Below, one piece after another: positions 26,801 through 37,500 of a DNA stretch of 64,000 nt. The DNA is from Podarcis tiliguerta (lineage: Eukaryota). The position numbers were made by a program, and so were the translations under genes. The stretch lies in NCBI GenBank assembly GCA_965153285.1, contig OZ229114.1; one strand, written 5' to 3'. Under the pieces are notes generated by a model. The model saw only the letters and a program-made list of their open reading frames with translations. It searched no databases and was not told the DNA's origin. The first letter of the stretch is position 1, and each line of letters starts with the position of its first letter.

Positions 26801-29800
26801 TCTTACTGCTTTCTGAACAGCCTCTACTTGTTTTGTTAAACATAATATGTTCTTCCTTTCAAGCACTGCAAGGTAGTAAAATGTTTAAAATAAGCATTTA
26901 CGTTCCTATTCTTATGGCTCATTAATAACAAAAAATGGTGTTGTGTTCATTCCTCTTTAAAAGTTATTCGCTAATAATATCTTGATGTTCTGAGCCTCTA
27001 GGAACATAGAGAAGCAAGCTTCCAACTTTGATCACACCTAAACAGGATTTCCAGTATCCCAAATGGCAACTTTATTCTGACAGTCAATGAGCTATTGTAT
27101 TGTTTAAACTAAAGCACCAAATTGAACATGGAAAAATGGGATGTTGTAGAGTTTGCTTATACCAAAACCCCATAAGTAGAGTAGTAATATAGCAATGATT
27201 TCAACATCTGGATCTCTATATTCAAGGGTATAAATACTTCAATTGAGCACTTATATTTCCTCATGGATGCTTGAATAAACTTGAGATGTTGAATGTTGGA
27301 TAGTTGAACTTGCCTCTATTGTATTTCTCCTATCTTCACTGTACTATCTAGAAAGGGTTAATGAGTGAACAAGCTAAGATAATCTCTTAGTTCCGTCTGT
27401 CTGAGTGTATAGAGGGCCTTGTCTTCTGCTTTAAAATTTCCTGAGCTAAAAATAATGCCCGCTTTAATTTACCACTGGTACCATTTTACCAGTGTACCTG
27501 AAAGATTAACTTGCCCTCTTGTTGGAACAGCCAAAGTACACTAGACCCATGCAAATAGTCCATTGCGCTGGCACTTCAAAGACTCTCCAGATAATTTGCT
27601 ACACTAGATCTATGATGTCATTTTACATTTAAAGGGATTTTCCTTAGATAATTAGGGGAGGCTTTAACTTAAATAGTCACCTAGCTTGTATTTTTAAGTT
27701 GATCAGTCAACACTTTTGTTCTCTAAAATGCTCTGGATGATTCAGCCTTTCCAGGTTGAAGTTTGTTTTTACCATGCAAGAACTATCAATCTAGAAAGCT
27801 AACTTGCATATATTTTTGATAGGCTTAAAGATATCCCCCCCCCCCAAAAAAAAATTGCCTAGCATGTGGGACACACCACTAATATGATAACATGGGAAAC
27901 AGAACAGAAAGCCAACGGGGGAAATGGTGTGCAATAAACTCAGATCATCAAACTCCTGTTTGCAAGATTCAGGCATTCCTACTTGGCCATAACGGAGAGA
28001 AGCTGGTGCCAATTCTTACTAGAAATAGACCACAAAATAACAACTAGCTTTTTATATAACGTATAGCTAATTACTTACTTTACCCCCTCAAATACTGTTT
28101 TTCTGAGACATTTTAATACATATTGCCCTTGTAAGCATATATGTGTTTCATACTGGTAACATACCAAGTACTCTACAGAAAATAGACATGTATGTCTCTG
28201 CTCCCATTGCCAGTCCCTAAACTCTCTCACACAACATGAGAAAAGGATTAGATGGTGCTAGGGAAGAGACTGAGCCACATGTATCCCTTCAACTTCAAAA
28301 GGCTTGGTAGAATCAGTTCAATGACTGCAGAATAGACTCTTGGGCATGCCTCAAGAGAATAAAAAAATATGTTCCTGTACAGGAAAAGTATTGACCATTT
28401 GTTGTTGCATGTTTACTCCACATACATGTTATGTGTTGAGTTGTAATTGACTAAATGCTTTCTTTTAGATATGTCTACAGGAATTTACTGCTTGAACCAG
28501 GGGCTAGTTTTAAATTCAGCTCAAGCAGGTTCTGCTTTGGCCACAGCTGGGAATACTGCTCTTTTTAAGTCAAGGTAAGTAAGCGGGACGCATGTGGCGC
28601 TGTGGTCTGAACCACAGAGCCAAGGCTTGCCGATCAGAAAGTCGGTGGTTCAAATCCCTGTGAAGGGGTGAGCTCCCATTGCTCGGTCCCTGCTCCTGCC
28701 AACCTAGCAGTTCGAAAGCACGTCAAAGTGCAAGTAGATAAATAGGTACCACTCCGGCAGGAAGGTAAACGGCATTTCCGTGCACTGCTCTGGTTCGCCA
28801 GAAGTGGCTTAGTCATGCTGGCCACATGACCCGGAAGCTGTACACCGGCTCCCTTGGCCAGTAAAGCGAGATGAGCGCCGCAACCCCAGAGTCGTCCGCG
28901 ACTGGACATAACTGTCAGGGGTCCCTTTACCTTTTACCTAAGTAAATGTTGAATGGATGGCTTCTTTTTATGTTATTAAGAAACTACAATTGCCTTCTGG
29001 GAAAAGTGAGCCCTGAGCCTTTATTTCTTGTTAAATTCTCCCAAGCAGATACTGGGTTGATGCTCTTCAAGTCAAGAGACCCTGATTTTTGTTACATCTC
29101 TGTTGATCACCTTTTGCTATATACATTTCTGAAGTAATCGCTGAACTGTGATTGGGGCTTAAGATTAATGTGTTCATGGGTTTAAGATTAAGTAGGGTTC
29201 TAGATTAGGATGACTGGAAAAAGTGAAATTATTTAAAGCCACAGATCCTATTTTATGAAGGATTTGCTCACATACGCATGGACATCACTTTCTCCTTGGT
29301 TGATTTACTCATGATTTGGTAGCTTTTATTAGACCAATCAAAATACCACCAAACAGTGCACAAGCTTTCTAATTCTTTATCAGGCTGCATGGTAAACAGA
29401 CCTGAAGGAGTGGGAGGGATCTTGGCCAATGCAACACTGAGTATGCATCTGGTGAGGAGAGTATTATGCCAGAATTTGGGAGGAGGTAGCCTGTGTTCAG
29501 ATTAGGCCCTTTATATGCTGTAGACTTCAGATTGCAGCAAGGCCTGCTGGCAACAAGAATTAACAATGGCACAACATTAGATTAGGTTTAGCATACTAGT
29601 ATTCTGTTTGAAAGTTCTGTCTGTAGAAACTAAACAAATCCATAATGTCTTAATCACACATGCAACACTGAGATTGATTCTAACGTTGAGATGCATACCT
29701 GCATGTGTTAACCAAACCTACAACAGTACAGCTTAGAGGAATGCAGTTTTAAGTATCACATTGTTAAATCGGAGCCAGTTCTCTCAAGCAGATTTTTTTG

Positions 29801-29990
29801 CTTCTTTAATAGTGGAAATCCAGGGTTGTGTCTAGATTCTGAAGTGGCCTTAGCAACAGGCCAGCTGCTGGCTCCCAGCAGCCAACAGTCCAGCAGTGCA
29901 ACATCACACTACTCAGAGTCACGTGGTGAAACCCCCTGTTCCTTCAATGATGAGGATGAGGATGAAGACGACTCTTCTTCACCAGAATAA
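9034..29990 (+). CDS. TFDP2: Transcription factor Dp-2 (E2F dimerization partner), spliced CDS span, 5'-partial
   Basis: Ten exons (104,122,48,163,144,69,152,167,106,178 nt) splice into one open frame. It contains [14 protein letters not shown], the DEF box [17 protein letters not shown], the coiled-coil/marked-box region and the DP-2-type acidic tail [15 protein letters not shown]. From the internal ATG at 9135 the product is 383 aa. Confidence 0.97.
11395..11625 (-). mobile_element. Old CR1 fragment
   Basis: cccttgatcatcttagttgccc ... tgtacacagtatttcaagtg ... gaatttgccttttcacagatgccacacactggg resembles a reversed CR1 ORF2 3' region. Confidence 0.55.
14372..14800 (+). mobile_element. CR1 LINE 3' fragment with internal deletions
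   Basis: Degenerate CR1 ORF2 C-terminus ([15 protein letters not shown] in ORF 14478) and a CR1-like ttccaacc...gattcta end. Confidence 0.75.
14908..15132. mobile_element. Tc1/mariner-superfamily (Tigger/pogo-like) MITE, family A
   Basis: TIR CAGTGGTACCT...AGGTACCACTG flanked by TA; internal TTCTTAACCTGA repeats. Confidence 0.88.
15229..15350 (+). CDS. TFDP2: TFDP2 coding exon (122 nt), [41 protein letters not shown]
   Basis: ttccatag| ... |gtaaat; near-identical to the DP-2 N-terminal region. Confidence 0.96.
16240..17700 (-). mobile_element. Fragmented CR1 LINE relic (RT/endonuclease region)
   Basis: CR1-like ORF2 segments (catacattgaattgtatttgccattttactgcccattc; atttatgaacaagttaaaaaggacaagtcccaatattgatccttgagggactccact). 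Boundaries are approximate. Confidence 0.6.
17496..17547. repeat. (TA)n microsatellite with a (TG)3 interruption
   Basis: Read directly from the sequence. Confidence 0.95.
17833..17932 (-). mobile_element. L2-like LINE 3' tail fragment
   Basis: Aligns by eye to 41246-41563 once the MITE is removed. Confidence 0.6.
18701..18877. mobile_element. MITE family A, internally deleted
   Basis: TA-CAGTGGTACCTC ... GAGGTACCACTG-TA; same internal sequence as the 14908 copy. Confidence 0.88.
19710..19757 (+). CDS. TFDP2: TFDP2 48-nt 'E-region' exon, [16 protein letters not shown]
   Basis: tttacag| ... |gtttgt; symmetric phase 2-2 cassette matching the 16-aa NLS-contributing exon of DP-2/DP-3. Confidence 0.93.
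20199..20450 (+). mobile_element. Old tRNA-derived SINE remnant
   Basis: tagagca...aaggtcccaggttcagttcccaccatctc tRNA-like head and a degenerate tail. Confidence 0.45.
20920..21082 (+). CDS. TFDP2: TFDP2 coding exon (163 nt), [54 protein letters not shown]
   Basis: catcacag| ... |gtaagt; first half of the winged-helix DNA-binding domain. Confidence 0.97.
21461..21684. mobile_element. MITE family A, right TIR tip lost
   Basis: CAGTGGTACCTCGGGTTA ... TAACCCGAGGTACCAC; the terminal TG-TA is missing. Confidence 0.88.
22850..22993 (+). CDS. TFDP2: TFDP2 coding exon (144 nt), DEF box [48 protein letters not shown]
   Basis: aaacag| ... |gtgagt; lies within ORF 22817..23047. Confidence 0.98.
23589..23657 (+). 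CDS. TFDP2: TFDP2 coding exon (69 nt), [23 protein letters not shown]
   Basis: tatttaag| ... |gtatat; coiled coil; lies within ORF 23397..23678. Confidence 0.96.
23697..23808. repeat. Palindromic MITE-like element
   Basis: actcacagtagg..tgaaattaatg [gacctaacttagtcatgtt] cattaaattca..tctactctgagt fold-back. Confidence 0.55.
23847..23879. repeat. Compound (TC)n(TA)n microsatellite
   Basis: Read directly from the sequence. Confidence 0.9.
24212..24363 (+). CDS. TFDP2: TFDP2 coding exon (152 nt), [51 protein letters not shown]
   Basis: ttctacag| ... |gtgagt; lies within ORF 24128..24367. Confidence 0.97.
25317..25483 (+). CDS. TFDP2: TFDP2 coding exon (167 nt), [55 protein letters not shown]
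   Basis: cttacag| ... |gtaagg; lies within ORF 25267..25512. Confidence 0.97.
28469..28574 (+). CDS. TFDP2: TFDP2 coding exon (106 nt), [36 protein letters not shown]
   Basis: tcttttag| ... |gtaagt; phase 1 in and phase 2 out fit both neighbours; LNQGL motif. Confidence 0.92.
28585..28938 (+). mobile_element. Full-length Sauria-type tRNA-derived SINE
   Basis: 5' GGGACGC..GTGGCGCTGTGG head, B-box-like GGTTCAAATCC, body CCTAGCAGTTCGAAAGCAC, (CTTTAC)n tail, 7-bp TSD taagtaa. Confidence 0.9.
29813..29990 (+). CDS. TFDP2: TFDP2 last coding exon, [58 protein letters not shown]
   Basis: Acceptor ctttaatag|; TAA at 29988-29990; DP-2-type C-terminus. Confidence 0.96.
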
Positions 29991-32900
29991 AGGCACACTA
30001 GTCATTTGAAACACTCCTCTTGTGCGCTTAACTCTCTTTACATAGTTTTCTTCCACGTTTTGCCTCATTACCCTGTGCAATTTTGTTGAAATTTTGGAAA
30101 AGTGTCAGAGACAGGAAGCTGCTTATAACAAGGCACAGAACATTGTACTACTACAGAACAAGAAGAGAGGATGATTCAGTGCTCATACCTATGCACATCG
30201 GAGAGAATGTAGAGCCCTTCAAACAAGCCAACGACCTCTGGTGTGACAGTGTTCTCTTTCATTTGTACCCAAATCTCATCCAGAGGCAGAATGGATTTCT
30301 TCTCCCTGCAACATGTTAATTCCATACTTAAACAGCACTACAGTGACAGACCGTCTGCACTTCCTGTCAGGACATTCATTTACCCTAGGCCACTTCTCAT
30401 GCATGGGTTGTTCCTCTTCTGTATGCGTGGAGGGTCAGCTGCTGTGTTTTATGTATTTGTGTTTGTAGTCCTCACTGCCAGAAAGAAGTTGGAAGTGGTC
30501 TTGGTAGCTTGGTTCCATAGGGGCCTCCTGGATCCATGGTGGACTCCTCTGTAAACTGCCAGGCAACTTGAGGACCCTCATTAAAGTTTGTGATGGGTAA
30601 GAGTGGGATGTCCTTTCCCAATAAGCTTTGAAAGGCACATGGTTAGTGTGCAACTCCACATCTCCCCTTCTGGGCCCATATACCGAATAATTGAATTGGC
30701 CCGCATTAATTTCCCCTTCACCATTAGGGGAAAAAACACCTTTCAGAAAGGTCAGAGTGGACAATGCACAATTTTTCTTTTTATATCATCATCTGTTGCC
30801 TGCTTCTTTTCCCTTACATCACATAAGATGCTAATTAACTCCTCTGCCCAATTGTCAATTTTTTCTCTCTACAGAACACAGATATTTAAAACCACCGTGC
30901 CTCATAAGACTATGTGATAGGGAAGCTATTGATGTTTTATTCCGGTTGGATAGTTGTGTGAAGAAGTGGTATACGTTCACAAAGAGACATGTGTTTTCAG
31001 CTTGAAATCCTCTGTTTTAACTATTCCAGATTTAGTATTTCATTAGGTTATCATTTTCCCCTTCTACTGTCCATTAAGCAGTTAGACAATGCTCACAGCA
31101 CACCCTGTGCTGGTGCTGCTGTTTTAATTTAGAAATGAAGAAACTGTATTGAAGGAATTTTTAAATTTTTAAAAGATGACAGTACAAAATACTAAGATTT
31201 TAACTGATATGTGATGTTCCCTCACACTTTTTAATGGATAAAGGAAGGTTAAATTATAGCAAAACTTTTCCCCATAGAATCTTAAATTACAGTCCTATGA
31301 AATCCAAGCAATTTAGTTGACAAGTGTGTTCTGAAATCATAATAAACTTGCTTTCTAAATGTCCAATGAAATATTATAAATTATTTAAATAAAATACATC
31401 TCTCTTTAGAGAACTAAAAAATGATTTTTTTTGAAGAAACTATTTTGATCTCAGGTTTTAAAATGATCTATGAAGCCATAATAATCTTTGCTGCAAATCA
31501 TACAGTGCTGATAGGGAAATAAGAAACTGGTATCTTCAAGTGTAACAATGGATGTGAATATATGAATACCGTAATCTAAAGAGGCTTTTTACTTTGATTT
31601 TGTGTGTGTGTTAAATGAGGCAGCTTCAGCTGAAAGTACTATGATCTAATTTTGGGGAAATTATAAAGAATGTTTTAGAGAAGATATATACTAGATTTTT
31701 TAACTTTCTTATGGTAGGAGATGCATGTCTTTTTAATGTGGATTCATCCATTCACTGTAAACACAAGGATTGGGGGATAAACTCTACTTAGTAGCTTATC
31801 TTTCCAGGTCTCTTCTCCCAGTTGGCTTTTAGTACCAGAAGTAAACTGGTTGGGAGAAAGGCACTTGAGGGAACAAGTTGAGGACAGGAAGAAGGTCTTG
31901 TGAGAAGCTTACCTGCATGCTCCTTTGGCCTTTTAAATCACCCCCCCCCCCAATTCCCTGCATTACAAAAAATTGCAGACCCATGTTTATAAAGCTGCTG
32001 TTCTACCTTGATCATTTCAGCCTTGTAGCAAATCTCTTTCTTCCCACTCCACTAAACAACACACCTGGCATCACCACATTGCATGCATATATTTATGAAT
32101 CTATTCCAAAGTAGATTTGTATGGATGCATGGACTTATTGCCATGTCTTAAGTGCATAATATGGCCTATAACCAGCACAATTACTTATAAGCAGTTTTAG
32201 GTCTTAGACATTAAACATATTTAAGGGAAAGGGCGGGAAAATTTTGGCCCACCGGCTGTTGTTGAACTACCCCTGACAGTTAGCTATGCTGGCTAGGACT
32301 GATAAGAGTTGTATTCCAACACCTGCTATAGTGGAGGATCACAACTTCCCCATCTCCCTTTTAGGGCAATACATCTTGAAGTGAATGGTTACCTGAAACT
32401 AGGATGGCAGATTATGTGGATGTTTCCCTTACATATTTACAGAGACAGTTCAAATTCTGTGCCAGAGAGAGTTTCATTTCATCATTTCTCTTGTTCGTAT
32501 TTGAAATGATTTACTGTTCTGCCTCTAATTTATTCTGGTTTTGTTAGAGAGAGGCACAAAGTTAGGAAGGGCACTATGGCCCTGCCTCAGCCACTGGAAC
32601 TCTTGGTCCACAGGATCCAAGCAGGCATTTATCCACAATTTTCAAGCATGTCAACATAACTAAAAGGGCTGCAAACTTGCTGTTTTGTGTGTGTTTTGAT
32701 GAGATTTTTGCAAAGCTGAATTTTGTACCCCAGAACCCTATTCTGAGATTTGCCCCACAGATGCACACACATTTTTATGAAATTGGAGCTACACATAACT
32801 CTGCCTACATTTGTTCATCAGAGTCCGTGGGAAGCTTTTGTGTCATTAGAGCTCAACCCAGTTCTGCAAATAACAGCACTTTCATGAAGCGTGTTCCTCA

Positions 32901-34565
32901 CACAGCATAACAGAACACTGTTCTCCTGCTCTTCCTCGCTTAGTGTGTGTGCATGACCACCATGCTAGGTAGGGTGTTAGAGGGAATGAGAGATTAATGT
33001 TTCTTGACCAAGAAGATGGGGGCAGGTGGATGGGAGAGTGATATGCAAGGAGCGGACAAGCATCTTATTCCACATTAACAGCAGATGGGAAAAGATGGGG
33101 TTCTGCAATGCCTTTTATGGTTCCTTCATGTCATGTGCTGCATTCATAGTTCATAGTAGGACTAGAGTGAACCCTTGAGATTTCATCACATTAAACTGGC
33201 AATCTGAATTGGGAGAAGGGGGAAGAGAGAAAATTCACAGTAACCAAAGAGGCTGACCTTATGGCATGAGTATTACGGAGCACTTTGATTGTTATCCTTT
33301 GGAACCAGTTTTGGAGGGAAATGGTTGAATGGTTGGGGAAAGTTCAGACTTCTTTGAAAACAACAAATACAGGAAAATCAATTAAAGCAATATGGATGTT
33401 CGCAAGTTATTCCCTGCGTTTGTTGTAGTTGTCAAATTTTGCTATGTGGGTACGTACAGAAAATAGAAGTAAATATGAAAGATCCTTAATGCTTTTAAAC
33501 TGGAACCACAATGCAATGTTTATATGCAATGTTTATATGTTTTGTGTTTGTGGGAAATATATGTTTCTTTGACAAAAATGTCTTAATTAAAACAGGAATT
33601 TGCATCCTGCAAACCCACTGTCACTAGCACAGGTGAAAATAAAACAGCCAAATCATATTTGGAGTAGTGGTATTTCAGTGAGTCTATTCTGAGTATGGTT
33701 GGCTTTGATGCTACCCATATGAATTAAGCCTGGCACAACGTTAAGTTTCTTCCTACCATTTTTTATGAACTGCATAGTGTTGTACACATCAATAAATGTC
33801 TGGTGTGCACACCTGAGCAAAACTGGTTAAAGATTATGATCTGAAAAGTACAACCATTTTATTCCACCAGAGAACTTCTGACTATGTCCTGACTATGTCC
33901 TCCTAAAAGAATTTCTGATGGCCTGAAAGCATTCTTGTCTTTACCAAAACCTTGATAGTCTGTTTTCTCCAAATGATCTAAAGACCTATTTATTTCTCAC
34001 CACATCGATATGCCAGCAGCAGAGAAACTTGTCAGATGATGGTAATGATTCATGTGGCAATGTGGTACACACAGAACAGCTGTGTCTCAAGTAGCCTTTG
34101 TGTAGTGATCCAAATATTTAAACCAACCCCAGCACATTGCAGCAACTTTAGTCTGTAGTTTGTAAATGAACTTGCAGAAGATGTAATGTTCCATGACTTA
34201 GCTACCAGATATTTTAAAATCTGTTTTATGCTATTTTGTAGAGAGGCTGGGTTTTTCTGCTTGTGTTTGTTTTTTTACTACCGCATAATATATAGTTTGT
34301 GTGACTAAAGTGTGAAAAATGTGGTAGTCTTGTGTATGTCTTAAGAGAAAGAAGGCAGACGCAAAGAAACTCTTACACTTTAAGACTGTTGCTACTAGCA
34401 ATGTAATATGTCTGATCTAATAGAAAAATGTTACCTTGTAGTATATCACATACTTTATAAAAAAAAACACCATTATTTTTTTATGGAAATTTTATATAAG
34501 AATCTATTTCTGCATATTTCAAGTGATCTTGTATTTTATTAAAGTGCTACAAGTAAGGATTGTGC
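29991..34565 (+). other. TFDP2: Putative long TFDP2 3' UTR
   Basis: Repeat-poor, U-rich stretch after the stop. Candidate poly(A) signals are AATAAA at 31341 and 33791 and ATTAAA at 34538. The end point is inferred. Confidence 0.45.
34538..34543 (+). terminator. Candidate distal polyadenylation signal (ATTAAA) of TFDP2
   Basis: Preceded by U-rich/UGUA elements (cttgtattttattaaag) at the end of a UTR-like block. Confidence 0.4.
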
Positions 34566-37500
34566 AGAAGAGTGCAAGTATTTGCATCTGATTGAAATGA
34601 AAAGCATGCATACTTTGAAGAAAAATAATATCCTGCTGTTTGTGACCTGAGAAGTAAAGCTAAACTGTAGAACAGAATAAAATAATTTAAAGACAACTGG
34701 GGTTGCTCTTGTTTTTAAGCAAACACTGCGGCAGAGGAAAGCTGTCAAAGGTTAGTGTTCATAGCATGTGTTCTCCATTTCAGAAAATACATCTTACAGA
34801 GTAAACTGCAGGGGAAACAGGGTCAAGTTGAACTGATGTTTTCAAAATAAATAGAAAGCATAACTAATTTCAACACTTAGTAGGTTCTTCTGGACTGGAG
34901 TCTAGCACAACATCCAGTTGATCTTCTTAGTTCTTAACGATATTGTGTGTATTGCTGGCAATTCAAATACTGGAAAAAGCATTTTCTAGGTTCCTAATGA
35001 TGTTTACTTGGAAAGCAAGTCTTACAGAGATTGCATGTGACTACACCAATAGGTACTTTTAGTAAATAGTATAAGACTAATTCATTTAAGAGCCATACAG
35101 TGCTGCCTCAAGTGTACTGTGCAGAAATCGCTTGTGTGTCTAAGTTCAGGAACATTAAGGTTAAGTACAACACCCTGCATGGAACAGTTTGCATCATATG
35201 CTAAAATGTATTTAACTGGCAGCATTTCTTAACCTTTGCCTCTATGTTCATCTCTTCTTTTTTCCTTTCTCCCTACTTGATTAGGAAGGTGTAGTTCTCT
35301 AAAGTTGACTCCTTTGTTGGGTGTGCTAAGAAATCTGATAACATGAGCTTACCTTCTCATTTTGCCTAAGGAGAAACTTTTCAGCAGTGTTTCCATGTGC
35401 TATTGTAGCAAATTGCCTCATCAGGAAAGTGATATGCAAAGCAATAAAACCCAGCCAACTTTTGTGTTTTGGAGGCAAGTGCCTATCTTCTGTGTCACAG
35501 TCAAGAAAACAGAGTAGTTCTTGGAGAAAAGCTAGAGCAGGGTTAGCCAAGATGGTACTTTCAAGATGTTGTTGAACTTTTGCTCACATCAGCCTTAAGC
35601 AGCTTGGCCCAGTTATCAGAGGCGATAGGAACTGGGGTTCAGCATGTTGGTTATTCCTAGGGTAGTTCTTTGTGTGGCTCATATATGAGACTACCTCAGG
35701 ATTGTACCAGTCTCTGACCCCAGTGTCGTGTTGATGGTAAGCTGTGGCTCAATAACACTTTTTGAAAAACACATACCCCTAAGGCTGCTTATTAGTGGTA
35801 ACTGTTACTATGGAGTGAATTGGGGCAAGTATTTTCTGCAAAGGCACCCAGTTCTTGAAATTGGCCTTCAGTCACTAATTCCGACAGCTGGATTTCAATA
35901 GTGGTTCTGGATAGGGTGCTATTTGTTCTCATTGACCCAATTGGAGAACAATCAGTAGCTCTGGCGGGTTTGTTTTTTTCAAGGTTAACCCTCACCCACC
36001 ATGTCCTAGTCCTGATCCCAGCTGCAAATAAATATACACTCTCACCGTAAAGAACATATTTTCATGTTAGTGACATTTTTAATTCTATTGCAATTATGAG
36101 AAATTAAATTGTTTGTTCTATAGGGTTCTTTGACCAGCAATGTCCACAGTGGGAAGAGTCTGGCCTGCTAGAGTGGCCACAAGTTGACTTTATGTAGCTG
36201 AACACCTGAAGGAATAGTTGTTGACTTTGGCTAAATGGCAGGTAGGATGTACCACAGGGTGGGGTGGAGGGTTTCTGTTGATGGAATGAAGCTTGAAACT
36301 CTGGCCCTTGGAAGACTAATATGAAACCCTGTTTATGTATAGTATTTGTCCAGATACACTGTGTGCTGTTTGTGGCCTTCAAAGTAGTAGAGATAAATAC
36401 ATTGCAGCATGTTCATCTTTAGCCACACTTCTGGTTAGAAGGAGCTTAATTTTGCAATTTGACTGGGGATTGGTTTTGCCATTCACAGTAAATCAGCGGA
36501 AAAGTACAAAGTCAAAAGCAGCAAAGAAATAATTGTGTATGCTTATTGTTCATTAAACTCTGCTTCAACCCGACATGTAGGATAAAGGGTCGGATTCAAA
36601 CAATGTTCTCTTTGTAAGCATTGTAGGAATCCAGTGTAGGGGGAGGACATATTAATTTAAAAATGCAGGGGTGTTTGTTCAACTACCTACATTGTGTGAT
36701 ATGTGTAGGTTATTCCTCAGGGCATGTTCTGTGCAGGGTATTGGACCCTATGTTACTTTTTGGTGACATGATTTTGTGTGTCAAAGAAATCTTTTTGCCT
36801 AGTATCACTGAGATTCGTATGTAATGTTAATTTGCCTCACCTCTTTCTACCCAGGTTTGTTGGTTTCATGGACTACTCTTCTTTCGCTCTCAATATGAGA
36901 CTCTCTGAAATGCTTCTTTATCCTTTTGTTCTCTTGTGTTGAACCTATAAAAACCTGCTGCTGTTTCTATAGCAATATCTGAACAGGCATAACACACTCT
37001 GTCATCCAAAGAAAGTGAACAGTTCAATCTCATTCAAGTTCACTCAAAAGTAGAGTTCATGTGATAAAGTGCATAAGATGTTGGAATGGGACTGGGGGGA
37101 TCCCTGTTTGAATTGCACAGCCATGCAGTTCAAAAACAAAATGTTTCCAAGTCAGGAAAAAGTCCGCTCTTTGCCATTCCACAGCTTTCTGAATTTTGTA
37201 TGTAATGACCTGGATATGCCCCATTACTATCAAATCCTTTCTGCTAGATCATGGCAACTTTATGGATGACCAGGTTCTATATAGCAACAGTCAACTTCTA
37301 AATGCATTTCTGCTCCCTGGATTGTAGCCCCTGTGAACCCACAGTGGACCTTTCTGGTCCTACAGCAGGGCCGGGAAACCTGTTGCACTCCAGTCCTCAT
37401 CAGTCTCAGACAGAAAGGCCAAAGATCACAGATGAAGCCAGTTGAAGTTCAGCAACATCTGGTGAGCCAAGGTTTCCCCAGCCCTGTCCTGGAGAATGGC

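Noticed and set aside
28585-28670. tRNA-like A/B boxes (also near 20200, 55010 and 63310)
   Set aside because: These are SINE heads; there is no complete cloverleaf or tRNA gene.
28634-28909. 91-aa ORF, similar to ORFs at 63061-63483
   Set aside because: Translation of SINE sequence.
9034-29990. Alternative identity as TFDP1 or TFDP3
   Set aside because: The C-terminus [13 protein letters not shown]...SSSPE, the E-region exon, the introns and the ATP1B3 linkage all fit TFDP2.
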